From an uncultured Rhodospirillales bacterium (GTDB lineage Bacteria; Pseudomonadota; Alphaproteobacteria; RF32; CAG-239), in contig CACYYO010000001.1 in NCBI GenBank assembly GCA_902778645.1, positions 2,951 through 66,950 of the forward strand: 64,000 nt of DNA, in the 5' to 3' direction. The notes under the pieces were generated by a model. That model was given only the letters and a program-made list of their open reading frames with translations, did not search any database and was not told the origin of the DNA. Positions 9,038 to 18,451 of the stretch are shown here, one piece after another. Position 1 is the stretch's first letter. Every line of letters begins with the position of its first letter. The translations under genes were made by a program, and so were the position numbers.

Positions 9038-9967
9038 TTATTTTTTTTGTAAGTGGCGATTGTCCGGGCGTCCGTTGATGAGAATTTTTTTGAGTTGAAC
9101 TTTATTCAGGGTGCGAAATTCATCAAGAGCGGCGGTGATAACGGCTCCTAAAATAACGACGGCCCAAGCCAAATACATCCAAACCAAAAGAATCGGCAAC
9201 ATCGCTAAAGCCCCATAGAGAATGCGATAGGTTGCACTTTTGAGAATGATGAATGTGAAAGTTTTCCTTAGGAAACTGAAAATAATGACAGAGACAAGAG
9301 CGCCGACACAGGCACTGGAAATGTTGACTTTTTTGTTCGGAACCAACACGTATACCAAAACCAGCATGAACATTGTCATTATGGATGGCATGAGGATTAA
9401 AATGGTCGGGTTGTCAACTAAACTTTCAGGCATGAGCTGTTGCAGGGTGTAGAAATAGCCACGCATGGAAAAGGCTGTTCCTAAAAGGAGCGGGCCGAGG
9501 GTGATGACTGTCCAGTACAATGTTAATTTTGTGGTAAAACGGCGTGGACGTGTGACCTTAAAAATGAAGTTTAGGCTGTTTTCTATGGTTGAGAGCATCA
9601 GAATCGAGGTTATTGCCAAACCGATAATACCGACAGTTGTGAATTCACCGGAGGCGATGGTCAGTTCTGTAAAATATTTGTTAAACTCAGCCTCTGCCGT
9701 CGGGGCAAAAGTTTGAGCCAAGAAGTTTTGTATCGGTTCTTTCAAATTTTCAAATACGGGAAAAAAGGAAAAAACAGAAATCATAATCACAAACATCGGT
9801 ACTAATGCCAGCAGAGAGGTGTAACTCAGTGATGAAGCAACACGTAAAATCGTGTCATTTTGCGCACGTTTCGTCAGGAAAATCAAAAATTCATGAACTT
9901 TGGTCATAATTTGTCGTAAATGACTTATTACACGAGAATAAATTTTGGCAGCATTATACATACGCAC
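9038..9967 (-). CDS. YihY/BrkB-family inner-membrane protein
   Basis: Typical family N-terminus (RVASSLSYTSLLALVPMFVIMISVFSFFP) and multiple predicted TM segments. The start may be an internal Met. Confidence 0.75.
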   Translation of the reverse strand: MRMYNAAKIYSRVISHLRQIMTKVHEFLIFLTKRAQNDTILRVASSLSYTSLLALVPMFVIMISVFSFFPVFENLKEPIQNFLAQTFAPTAEAEFNKYFTELTIASGEFTTVGIIGLAITSILMLSTIENSLNFIFKVTRPRRFTTKLTLYWTVITLGPLLLGTAFSMRGYFYTLQQLMPESLVDNPTILILMPSIMTMFMLVLVYVLVPNKKVNISSACVGALVSVIIFSFLRKTFTFIILKSATYRILYGALAMLPILLVWMYLAWAVVILGAVITAALDEFRTLNKVQLKKILINGRPDNRHLQKK

Positions 9968-10067
9968 CTCTTAAAAAAAATAGTTTACATCAGATATAAA
10001 ATTTTATAAAAGTTCAATGTAATTTATTACTTACAATATTTTATTTAAGAATGCAAAGGAAAATATA

Positions 10068-10898
10068 ATGACTTCTACTACTCCGTTAATGGCAGGCAAA
10101 AAAGGTTTAATTATGGGGTTGGCTAATGACCATTCAATTGCGTGGGGAATTGCGCAAGCTCTCAATTCTCAGGGTGCGCAGATTGCTTTCTCTTATCAAA
10201 ATGAGGCGTTGGAAAAAAGGGTTCGTCCTTTAGCTGAGCAACTTGATTTTGAGCCGACATTGATTCAGTGTGATGTTTCTAATTCCGAGAGTGTTGAAAA
10301 TTGTTTTAAAACATTGGGTGAAAAATGGGGTAAGATTGATTTTGTCGTTCATGCTATTGCTTTTTCCGATAAAAATGAGTTGAAGGGACGCACAATTGAT
10401 ACGACGTTGGCAAATTTTACCAATACGATGCATATCTCTTGTTATTCGTTTTTGGAGACTTGTCGCTGTGCTTCTCCTTATATGAGTGAGGGTGGGGCTT
10501 TGTTGACTTTGACTTATTTAGGGGGAGAAAGAACTTTGCCTAACTATAATATTATGGGTGTTGCAAAAGCAGCATTAGATGCAGCCGTTCGGTATGCCGC
10601 CGTTGATTTGGGGGCGCAAGGTGTGCGGGTTAATGCTATTTCTGCCGGACCGATTAAGACATTGGCAGCGTCCGGTGTCGGTGATTTCAGAAAAATTTTG
10701 CGTTGGAATGAACTGAATGCGCCTTTACAGCATAATGTCACACAAGAAGAAGTCGGTAATATGGCTTTAGCTTTGTTGTCGCCTTTAGGTTCGGCTGTGA
10801 CCGGGGAAGTTGTGCATGTCGATGCCGGTTATAATGTCATCGGTATGGTTTCTTTGCATAATGCCCACGAATCCGGCACGGTTTTGCAAGAATTTTAG
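10068..10898 (+). CDS. fabI: enoyl-[acyl-carrier-protein] reductase (NADH) FabI
   Basis: MAGKKGLIMGLANDHSIAWGIAQAL at the N-terminus, the Y..MGVAKAALDA catalytic block, and NAISAGPIKTLAASG. Confidence 0.95.
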   Translation: MTSTTPLMAGKKGLIMGLANDHSIAWGIAQALNSQGAQIAFSYQNEALEKRVRPLAEQLDFEPTLIQCDVSNSESVENCFKTLGEKWGKIDFVVHAIAFSDKNELKGRTIDTTLANFTNTMHISCYSFLETCRCASPYMSEGGALLTLTYLGGERTLPNYNIMGVAKAALDAAVRYAAVDLGAQGVRVNAISAGPIKTLAASGVGDFRKILRWNELNAPLQHNVTQEEVGNMALALLSPLGSAVTGEVVHVDAGYNVIGMVSLHNAHESGTVLQEF

Positions 10899-10912
10899 TC
10901 TTTATAGACAGC

Positions 10913-10946
10913 AAAAAACAGGAAGCATAAAGCTTCCTGTTTTTTG
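10913..10946. terminator. bidirectional Rho-independent terminator (fabI / small acidic ORF)
   Basis: Stem acaggaagc (10918-10926) pairs with gcttcctgt (10932-10940). A-tract upstream, T-tract downstream. Confidence 0.75.
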
Positions 10947-10968
10947 TTGTCTAATGGATTACTTGATC

Positions 10969-11286
10969 CTAAAAATCAATATCTGCTTCATAGGCTCTGA
11001 TAATTGCGTTGTCGCCATCTTTATCGGTTTCACGGCTCAGCTCACAGATGAGCAATTTATCAGCATCTTGAATACTGTCGAAAATATTCGGCTCGATATC
11101 GTTTAATTCCAAAATGTCGTCTTCATTTCGGTACAGCAGAGCTGATTTTTCTTCTAAATTAAATTCAATGCGTGGTGTGCTGACAGGATCATTTTCTCTT
11201 TCATACAGCAAGAGCATAACTTCATCTTCATCATTAACCAGAAAATCAAAGGTATCGAAATTTTCTTCCATGGGTTTATTCCTCAA
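10969..11286 (-). CDS. small acidic hypothetical protein
   Basis: 105-codon ORF (or a start at MEENFD) at the end of the ldcA operon. It is strongly acidic (runs of D/E). No family recognised. Confidence 0.45.
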   Translation of the reverse strand: MRNKPMEENFDTFDFLVNDEDEVMLLLYERENDPVSTPRIEFNLEEKSALLYRNEDDILELNDIEPNIFDSIQDADKLLICELSRETDKDGDNAIIRAYEADIDF

Positions 11287-11331
11287 AAGATTAATTTGAG
11301 ATGAGTGTAGCGAAGTTTGTTTAATTATCCG

Positions 11332-12213
11332 TTAAAATGAAACCGTACACTTATCGGCGTCAAGGTTGATCTTTTGACCGATGGGGAGAATATGCCGTTC
11401 TTTGATATGTCCGTAAGCAAAATTTTTGATGACGGGAATCTTGAGGTCTGCACAAAAATAATTAATATTATCGTCAATTGTGCCGTCGCATTCATCAACA
11501 ATTCGGATATCAGAAAATTGTCCGAAAATAATACCTCTGATTTTATCAAAGCCTTTTTGCATTTTAAGTTGTTGGAGCATAATATCTAATTGGTAACTTT
11601 TGATGCCGATATCTTCCAAGAGTAAAATTTTGTTTTTCAGATCCGGAAAATAAGGTGTGCCGCACAGACTGTTGAGCGCGTAAATATTTCCACCGATGAG
11701 AATTCCGCTTGTTTGCCCGCTAATGACGCAATTACCGCTTTGATAAAATTGTTTCTGTCCGGTAAAAATTCTTTTTAAGTCATTGTCTTGCATAGGGGCA
11801 ATCGGGCCATTACGGAAATCATAAAGGAGGAGGAAGCCGCTGTAAGAAACATTTTTGCTCCGGCTGTAAATACCGTTTTGCAAGGCAGTTGAGTCGCTCA
11901 AACCGAAAATCGGTTTCGGGTTATTTTTTATTAATTCATAATCCAAATAAGGTAAAACTCTTAAGCTCCCGGCGCCGCCGCGCGTGCAAAACAGTGCTTT
12001 AATTTTTTTATCACGAAAAAAATTTATGATGTCTTCCGCGCGTTGCTGATCTGTTCCTCCCATGTAACGGTACTGATTATGAACGTGTTTCCCGAGAATT
12101 GGGGTTAATCCGCACTGACGCAGGTATGCAAGCGCTGGTGAGATGTCATTGTCTTCTAAGCATGATGAGGGAGAAATAATTCCGACTTTATCGCCTTTTG
12201 AGAGTTTAAACAT
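11332..12213 (-). CDS. ldcA: LD-carboxypeptidase (muramoyltetrapeptide carboxypeptidase, peptidase S66)
   Basis: KGDKVGIISPSS, GGTDQQRAEDIINFF, and KALFCTRGGAGSLRVLPYLDY, the S66 signature region. Confidence 0.85.
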   Translation of the reverse strand: MFKLSKGDKVGIISPSSCLEDNDISPALAYLRQCGLTPILGKHVHNQYRYMGGTDQQRAEDIINFFRDKKIKALFCTRGGAGSLRVLPYLDYELIKNNPKPIFGLSDSTALQNGIYSRSKNVSYSGFLLLYDFRNGPIAPMQDNDLKRIFTGQKQFYQSGNCVISGQTSGILIGGNIYALNSLCGTPYFPDLKNKILLLEDIGIKSYQLDIMLQQLKMQKGFDKIRGIIFGQFSDIRIVDECDGTIDDNINYFCADLKIPVIKNFAYGHIKERHILPIGQKINLDADKCTVSF

Positions 12214-12216
12214 GGA

Positions 12217-13584
12217 TTATAGTCCTTTTAGGATTTCTCGGCAAAAATCAGGAAGGGTATTGTCTCTGGCGCCCATGATGATAATGCGGTCACCGGGTTG
12301 GGCGTGTTTGCAGATAAAGTCTTTGATTTCTGCGCGTGTCGGAAAGAAAAACGCCTGTTTTCCCTGTTCTTTAGCTTGATTAACAAAATCTGCCGAAGAA
12401 ATGTCTTTGGTTACTGTTCCGCCGGCAAAATAAATTTCCGGCATTAGCAAGATATCAGTGTTATCCATGGTTTGGCAAAACGAATCAATGATTTCTTTTC
12501 CCATAAAGCGCATCGGAGAAAAGCCGTGCGGTTGAAACATAACCAATAATCGTCCGGGGTAATTTTTGAGTGCTTGCATAGAAGCTGAGATTTTGTCAGG
12601 ATTATGAGCAAAATCATCTATTACGGTTACACCGTTTTGGCGTCCGATAACTTCCAATCGTCGGTGAGTACCCATGAAATTTTGTAATACGGTTGCGGCT
12701 TCCTCTTTATCAATTCCAAGCAAAGAACAAGCGGCGATGGCTGCCAACGCATTGGCAACGTTGAAAGCGCCGATTAGTTTCAGGGTGAAAGTTTTATCCC
12801 CTAATTTATAACTTATGCCATCAGGAAGATTGGTTAAGTCTGATGCATAAAAATCAGCCTGAGTGTCTTTGAGTGAAAAAGTAACTTTTTGGCATGGTGC
12901 GGTTATGCTCTTACAGGCTTCACAGTCGAGATTAACCACGACACCATGAGATGTGCGATGCGCAAAATTTTGAAATAATTCTTGTAATTCTGCGAGTGAT
13001 TTATGGTCTAAGCCAATGTTGTTAATGACAGAAATATACGGGTGATAGCTCTCAATAGACCCGTTACTTTCATCGGCTTCAATGACGCAAATATCCCCTT
13101 TGTTATAAATATAGTTAGGGATTCCTTTTTGTTTATCATAGTTGAGCAGTAAGCCACCATTAATGACACAAGGCTTTTTTTGAAGTTGATCTAAAATATA
13201 ACCGATCATGGCGGTGGTTGTGGTTTTACCACTTGTTCCGCCGACGGCAATACCTTTTTTGTAACTATGGAAAAGTTCTGCCAAAAGGTCAAAACGTTGC
13301 TTGATCGGAATATTATGTTCATGGGCGGCCTTAACATCAGGGATTGTGTCTTCAACGGCGGTTGAGGTATATAAACAGGTGACGTCAGAGTTAATTGCCG
13401 AGCCGTCTTGTGGAAAAATTTTAATTCCTAAGCTTTGCAGAGCCTCTTTTTGAAAGATGTCATGTCCTTGATCAAAACTACGGTCACTGCCGCGAACCTC
13501 ATATCCTGAGAGTTTCATGATTTGAGCTAAAGCGCTCATGCCGCTACCGGAAATGCCGCAGAAACTGACGGTTTTTTTAGTCAT
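12217..13584 (-). CDS. Mur ligase family protein (MurC/Mpl-like; context suggests a murein-peptide recycling ligase)
   Basis: FCGISGSGMSALAQIMKLSGYEVRGSD (N-terminal Rossmann), GGTSGKTTTTAMIGY (P-loop), EADESNGS, DDFAHNPDKI, FQPHG. It ends 3 nt upstream of ldcA and is not in a dcw-type context. Confidence 0.65.
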   Translation of the reverse strand: MTKKTVSFCGISGSGMSALAQIMKLSGYEVRGSDRSFDQGHDIFQKEALQSLGIKIFPQDGSAINSDVTCLYTSTAVEDTIPDVKAAHEHNIPIKQRFDLLAELFHSYKKGIAVGGTSGKTTTTAMIGYILDQLQKKPCVINGGLLLNYDKQKGIPNYIYNKGDICVIEADESNGSIESYHPYISVINNIGLDHKSLAELQELFQNFAHRTSHGVVVNLDCEACKSITAPCQKVTFSLKDTQADFYASDLTNLPDGISYKLGDKTFTLKLIGAFNVANALAAIAACSLLGIDKEEAATVLQNFMGTHRRLEVIGRQNGVTVIDDFAHNPDKISASMQALKNYPGRLLVMFQPHGFSPMRFMGKEIIDSFCQTMDNTDILLMPEIYFAGGTVTKDISSADFVNQAKEQGKQAFFFPTRAEIKDFICKHAQPGDRIIIMGARDNTLPDFCREILKGL

Positions 13585-13599
13585 TGTTTTTTATCCTTT

Positions 13600-14469
13600 C
13601 TATAGTGCGTCCAGGGTTTTATCTTGTTGCCCTTGGAATAGTTTAAGGTTTTTGTATTCTAGAATTAAATAGCTGTTACCGTTACCATCGACATTAACGC
13701 TTAAAGCAGCACCGACTTCGTTGTTATAAAAGGTTGCATACAAATCTGCCTCTCCGCTTTGCAGTTGTGATAAGAAATTGTCGTTACCAATCGGTTCTTC
13801 GACGGTTTCGGTTTCTTCTTTGGTTTGATGGTTTTCCAGCTCAACTGTTTTGGTTATTTGCGTCAGTTTCGGGGTATATGTTTCTTCCGCATGACCGTAT
13901 TTTTTGTTGAGCAAGTCGTAGAAACGGTGGTATTCCTTCAGAATAAGAGAGGCGGAAGGCGTGTCCTTGATGAATTTACCATAAGATATAATCCGCCACA
14001 AAGTGTTTTCTTCTCCGAAAGTTACGACAACATAGCGCATATCACTGAGCGGTTTAGGAAGTTGGGTGGCAATAAAGCTGTTGACGTAGTCTTTTTCTTC
14101 CGTTCTGGTGAGTAAAACACCACTGCTTAAGGTTTCTTCATAAGTTGCTCCCCACAATAAGCCAAACGGTGCAGAGGCAAGCTTACTGACTCGTTCCATA
14201 TTTTGACGCGTTTGGGCTTGATTTTTGTTTTCTTTTTGTTGTTTTTGGATAATTTGCTTCAGTTTAGCATCTTCTCCGATATCAATTTTCTTTTTTTGCT
14301 GTTGCAATTTGGCACGTGCATCGAGGGAGGCTTCTTTTCCCTCATCCTTGGCTGCATACTCTTCAGATATCAGCAAAGTATCGAAAAATTCATTTTGTTG
14401 TTGAGCGTGAACTGCCAAGCTGATGCCGACAATGGTTATGATAAGCAAAAAATTTTTTAATATGCGCAT
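13600..14469 (-). CDS. secreted hypothetical protein
   Basis: Signal peptide MRILKNFLLIITIVGISLAVHA, followed by a Q/K-rich region. It is the first gene of the apparent operon with the Mur ligase and ldcA. Confidence 0.6.
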   Translation of the reverse strand: MRILKNFLLIITIVGISLAVHAQQQNEFFDTLLISEEYAAKDEGKEASLDARAKLQQQKKKIDIGEDAKLKQIIQKQQKENKNQAQTRQNMERVSKLASAPFGLLWGATYEETLSSGVLLTRTEEKDYVNSFIATQLPKPLSDMRYVVVTFGEENTLWRIISYGKFIKDTPSASLILKEYHRFYDLLNKKYGHAEETYTPKLTQITKTVELENHQTKEETETVEEPIGNDNFLSQLQSGEADLYATFYNNEVGAALSVNVDGNGNSYLILEYKNLKLFQGQQDKTLDAL

Positions 14470-14496
14470 TTTATCCTCTGATGGTAAGAAAAAAAT

Positions 14497-14509
14497 TGAA
14501 CACTGTTCA
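14497..14509. promoter_or_regulatory. perfect 13-bp palindrome; candidate TetR operator in a divergent promoter region
   Basis: TGAACAcTGTTCA lies 48 nt upstream of the TetR start and 28 nt from the divergent gene start. Confidence 0.45.
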
Positions 14510-14557
14510 GATTTATTTTATGATAATCCTAAATTACAAATATTAAGTTAATATAAG

Positions 14558-15160
14558 ATGATTGGTACAAAAGACAATATTCGTAAATTACTCCTCAAAA
14601 CAGGGCGCCGGTTGGTTAAAGAAAAAGGTGCAGAATTTTTGACTGCACGCAAATTGTCAGATGCTTCGGGGTATTCTATCGGTACAATTTATAATCAATT
14701 CGGGACGATGGATAATTTTGTGATGGAGCAGAATCGGCAGACGATGGATGAATTGCTCCATTATATGCGTGATATTTTTGCCGAAGATGATGCTTATATG
14801 ATGCTCAATCGTTATTTGGATACGTTTGTTGCTTTTGTGTTGGCTAACCCGAATCTGTGGTTTTTGCTATATAATTTTCATCTTAATGCGGTTTATAAAA
14901 AATTACCGAAAGATTATCTGCGCAAAATGGTCGAGGTTACATCAATTTGGCAGCCCTATTTTGATAAGGTATATCCTAATCTGCGTCCCAGAGAGAGGCA
15001 ATTGTCTCTGCATGTGTTGTGGTTGGCTATCTTTTCAGTCAGTTCGTTTTTGACAACGCAGGTACTCGATAATTTCAGTCGTGTTAATAAAAAGAATCTG
15101 TGTAAGTTGCTTTTAAATACCTATTTGGCCGGTTTGACGGTGCTGAATGAGAAACATTAA
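14558..15160 (+). CDS. TetR/AcrR-family transcriptional regulator
   Basis: N-terminal HTH: LLKTGRRLVKEKGAEFLTARKLSDASGYSIGTIYNQFGTMDNF. Confidence 0.85.
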   Translation: MIGTKDNIRKLLLKTGRRLVKEKGAEFLTARKLSDASGYSIGTIYNQFGTMDNFVMEQNRQTMDELLHYMRDIFAEDDAYMMLNRYLDTFVAFVLANPNLWFLLYNFHLNAVYKKLPKDYLRKMVEVTSIWQPYFDKVYPNLRPRERQLSLHVLWLAIFSVSSFLTTQVLDNFSRVNKKNLCKLLLNTYLAGLTVLNEKH

Positions 15161-15717
15161 TGGAAGTTATTGCGGAAATATATGCAAAAGTATCGGCATT
15201 TTTGAGTTCACAAGAGTTTATCCAATCTTTTGTTCATAATCGGTTTTATCTTATTTTATTGGTGGTCTTTCTGACACGGCTTAAATATGCGACTTATCAG
15301 AGTATGTGGATGAGTGCGTTGGTCAATATTCCGGGAACGTTGTTGCATGAGCTGATGCATTTTTTGGTCGGTGCTTTCCTGAATGCCAGACCTTGTAATT
15401 TTACGCTTTTACCACGGCGCAATTTGGAAGGTGATTATGTGATGGGGAGTGTCGGCTTCCAGAATATTACGTTTTATAATGCGGTGCCGGCGGCTTTGGC
15501 TCCGTTGCTGTTGTTACCTATCGGTTTTTATTTGAATCGTTATTTTTTGCCACATATGCCGGTCACGTTAGTGAACTATGTCTTATATGTTTTTTTACAA
15601 ACCATTATTGTTGAAAATGCTATTCCGTCACGGACAGATTTTAATGTTGCCGGAAAATATTTTTCGGGGGTTGTCTTGTATCTGATTCTGTTCGGAGCGT
15701 TGTTGTTAATGCTCTAG
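15160..15717 (+). CDS. polytopic membrane protein with HExxH motif (putative zincin-like metallopeptidase)
   Basis: LLHELMHFLVG lies between predicted TM helices. Its start overlaps the TetR stop by 1 nt (TAATG). Confidence 0.55.
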   Translation: MEVIAEIYAKVSAFLSSQEFIQSFVHNRFYLILLVVFLTRLKYATYQSMWMSALVNIPGTLLHELMHFLVGAFLNARPCNFTLLPRRNLEGDYVMGSVGFQNITFYNAVPAALAPLLLLPIGFYLNRYFLPHMPVTLVNYVLYVFLQTIIVENAIPSRTDFNVAGKYFSGVVLYLILFGALLLML

Positions 15718-17049
15718 TGCTTTAACAATTTCGGCAGTTACTTTTTGGGCATCTCCGAACAGCATAATTGTGTTGTCGGCATAAAAGAGAGGGTTATCAA
15801 TGCCGGAGTAGCCTGTTGCCAGCGAGCGTTTAACAACCAAAACCGTTTTAGCCAATGCGACATCGAGAATCGGCATTCCATATAATGGAGAAGTGTTGTC
15901 CGTTTTGGCCAGAGGGTTGGTAATGTCATTTGCGCCAATAACGTAAGCGACATCGGCGCTTGGGAATTCGTTGTTAATATCGTTGAGGCTGAAAATATTT
16001 TCAAAAGGGACATCAGCTTCTGCCAGTAAAACATTCATGTGTCCGGGCATGCGTCCGGCAACGGGATGAATGGCAAATTTGACGTCAACATGATATTTTT
16101 CCTGCAAGATTTTTGCCATTTGTTTGAGGGCATGTTGTGCCTGAGAAACGGCCATGCCATAGCCGGGAACAATGATTGCTTTGCGTGCGTTTTCAAGCAA
16201 AAAGGCAGCTTCAGGCGGGGTGCCGGTTTTGATAGGTTGAGAGATATCAGTTGAAATAGTGATTGAAGGTGAAGTAACAGGTGAAAATAAAACATTGATT
16301 AAGGAGCGATTCATTGCTCGACACATAATAAAAGACAGAATCGCACCACTCATACCTATTAGAGCGCCGGTAATAATCAGAAGTTGGTTGCTCAGGACAA
16401 AGCCAATAACGGCGGAATCAATGCCGGAAGCGGCGTTTAACAACGAAATAACTATCGGCATATCGGCACCACCGATTTTGAGTGTCATGCTGAGGCTAAG
16501 TACTCCGGCTAATACTGATAAAGTGATGAACTCGGTAGTGTTCGGATGCAAAGCATAATCAATAAGCGAAAGTATCATAATTACGCATAGCAAGGCGTTG
16601 AGACGGTTGCTGAAACATTTGAACGTTCCGTTTATTCTGCCTTGAAGCTTGGCAAAGGCAACAAAAGATCCTATAAATGTGAAAATCCCGAGGGCAGAAC
16701 CGATAGGGGTATCAAAAGGGTCTATTTTGTCTTCCAAAACCGCACAACAGGCTACCAGAAAAGCGGCTAATCCGCCCAGGCCGTTAAAGGCCGCCACCGT
16801 TTGCGGCAGACCGGTCATTTGCAAGTGTTGGGCAATGAAAATGCCAATCGCGGTGCCGATGACAATTCCAAGCAAGATGAGGAATCGGTGTTTTCCTAAA
16901 ATAAGAGCCAAGGTTAATGCCAAACATATCCCTAAAATTCCCAGTAAATTGCTTCGGTAAGCTGTGCGCGGAAAAGCTAATCCTCTTAAAGATAAAATGA
17001 ATAAAAGAGAAATGCCGAGATTAATTAAGGTCAAAAAGCTATTACTCAT
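15706..17049 (-). CDS. pntB: NAD(P) transhydrogenase subunit beta
   Basis: C-terminal dIII domain: PGYGMAVSQAQHAL...HPVAGRMPGHMNVLLAEADVP...GANDITNP. Confidence 0.95.
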   Translation of the reverse strand: MSNSFLTLINLGISLLFILSLRGLAFPRTAYRSNLLGILGICLALTLALILGKHRFLILLGIVIGTAIGIFIAQHLQMTGLPQTVAAFNGLGGLAAFLVACCAVLEDKIDPFDTPIGSALGIFTFIGSFVAFAKLQGRINGTFKCFSNRLNALLCVIMILSLIDYALHPNTTEFITLSVLAGVLSLSMTLKIGGADMPIVISLLNAASGIDSAVIGFVLSNQLLIITGALIGMSGAILSFIMCRAMNRSLINVLFSPVTSPSITISTDISQPIKTGTPPEAAFLLENARKAIIVPGYGMAVSQAQHALKQMAKILQEKYHVDVKFAIHPVAGRMPGHMNVLLAEADVPFENIFSLNDINNEFPSADVAYVIGANDITNPLAKTDNTSPLYGMPILDVALAKTVLVVKRSLATGYSGIDNPLFYADNTIMLFGDAQKVTAEIVKALEH

Positions 17050-17345
17050 TGTTGTTTATCCTTGGGTGTTTCTTTGGGTTTGAACATTTGTAACATTTTT
17101 TGCGAAATTGCGAATCCTCCGAAAATGTTAATTGAAGCAATGACAACGGCAATAAACCCAATGGTGTTGATACAAGCATCTGTCGAATCGTTTAGGACTT
17201 CAATCGCTCCTAAAATAATAATGCCGGAAATAGCATTGGAGACACTCATCAAGGGGGCATGCAGAGATGGTGTTATTCCCCAAACAATGAAATATCCGAT
17301 GAAGCCTGAAAGTGTAAAAATTAGAAGTTCGGTACTGAAATCCAT
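17046..17345 (-). CDS. pntAB: NAD(P) transhydrogenase subunit alpha part 2
   Basis: 99-aa membrane protein (SGFIGYFIVWGITPSLHAPLMSVSNAISGIIILGA) with a 4-nt overlap with pntB. Confidence 0.9.
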   Translation of the reverse strand: MDFSTELLIFTLSGFIGYFIVWGITPSLHAPLMSVSNAISGIIILGAIEVLNDSTDACINTIGFIAVVIASINIFGGFAISQKMLQMFKPKETPKDKQQ

Positions 17346-17357
17346 TTTTTTCTCTTT

Positions 17358-18377
17358 CTATAAATAGGGGTGATGTGATTGTGTGTGGCAACAAATCATT
17401 GTTTGAATGATGATTTCGTCGCTAAAATCGATATTGAGCTGGTTATCTTTGATAAGCAGTTGGCAAAAATTATAGATATTTCCGGAATACATGGTGCTCG
17501 CAGCAAAAGGAATACGACGTGCCATGTGGCTGTCACGAATGAGGGTTGTGCCTTGCGGCAGGTGTTCTTGTATAATATTACCGCCACTGTCGGCGGCCAA
17601 ATCAATAATGACACATAAGGGTGAAAGAGCGTGTAATTGCTGTTTGGAAAGAAGCTTAGGGGCCGGTTTTCCTTTGATTTGAGCACTGGTGATGATGAGT
17701 TGTACAGAACTCAGTAAATCGGTTGTCAGTTCTTTAATAAAAGTTGCTCCAAGTGATTGGGCTTGTTCTTGTGTTTCCGGACGCGTGTCGTAGCCGTAAA
17801 CTTGAGCACCAAGCCGACGAGCCGTGGCAATTGCCTGCAGACCGGCAACACCAAGTCCCATGACTAACGTTTTGAGAGGCGGCAGAGAACCGGCAGAAGT
17901 TATGAGAAGCGGTATGGTGTTTTTGAGGTTGGCAGCACCGATAATTACGGCTTCATAGCCATCCAGATTGTTTTGTGAAGATAAAATATCAAGGCTTTGT
18001 GTACGGGAAAGGCGAGGAATGAGATCAAGCGCAAATAGGTTGATACAGGCCTGCGAAAATTTTTTGATTGTTTTTCCTGAGCTGATATTACGTGTGTTGC
18101 ATAGTATGGTTTGTCCTAAGGATAAATGCTCAATTTCCTTTTCTTGCGGTGCCCAGATCTTGGTAATAATATCGGCAGATGCATATGTGTCTGCTGCCGT
18201 TGCACAAATTTTAGCACCGGCTTGTTGGTATTCTTTATCGCTAAAACCGGCATTTATTCCGGCGTGGTGCTCGATTTGGACATTGATGCCTTGAGACGTG
18301 AGTTCGGCAATGTGTTTGGGAACAAGCGCGACTCTGGTCTCAAGGGGGATTGATTCTTTAGGAACAGCGATTAACAT
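17358..18377 (-). CDS. pntAA: NAD(P) transhydrogenase subunit alpha part 1
   Basis: MLIAVPKESIPLETRVALVP and GLGVAGLQAIATARRLGAQVYGYDTR (NAD-binding fold). Confidence 0.9.
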   Translation of the reverse strand: MLIAVPKESIPLETRVALVPKHIAELTSQGINVQIEHHAGINAGFSDKEYQQAGAKICATAADTYASADIITKIWAPQEKEIEHLSLGQTILCNTRNISSGKTIKKFSQACINLFALDLIPRLSRTQSLDILSSQNNLDGYEAVIIGAANLKNTIPLLITSAGSLPPLKTLVMGLGVAGLQAIATARRLGAQVYGYDTRPETQEQAQSLGATFIKELTTDLLSSVQLIITSAQIKGKPAPKLLSKQQLHALSPLCVIIDLAADSGGNIIQEHLPQGTTLIRDSHMARRIPFAASTMYSGNIYNFCQLLIKDNQLNIDFSDEIIIQTMICCHTQSHHPYL

Positions 18378-18451
18378 TATAAAAAAACTCCTTGCCTTAT
18401 GTGCGTGCTATTGATTTAATAAACAGGTCTGGTTTTTCAATGTGAGGAAAT

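Noticed and set aside
17358-18377. pntAA considered as a truncated gene or pseudogene because it is shorter (339 aa) than the ~380 aa I recall for homologs
   Set aside because: The reading frame is intact from a canonical N-terminus, through the NAD-binding GxGxxG region, to the C-terminus. The shortfall seems to be an internal loop deletion after ..SLGATFIKE. I cannot establish loss of function without an alignment.
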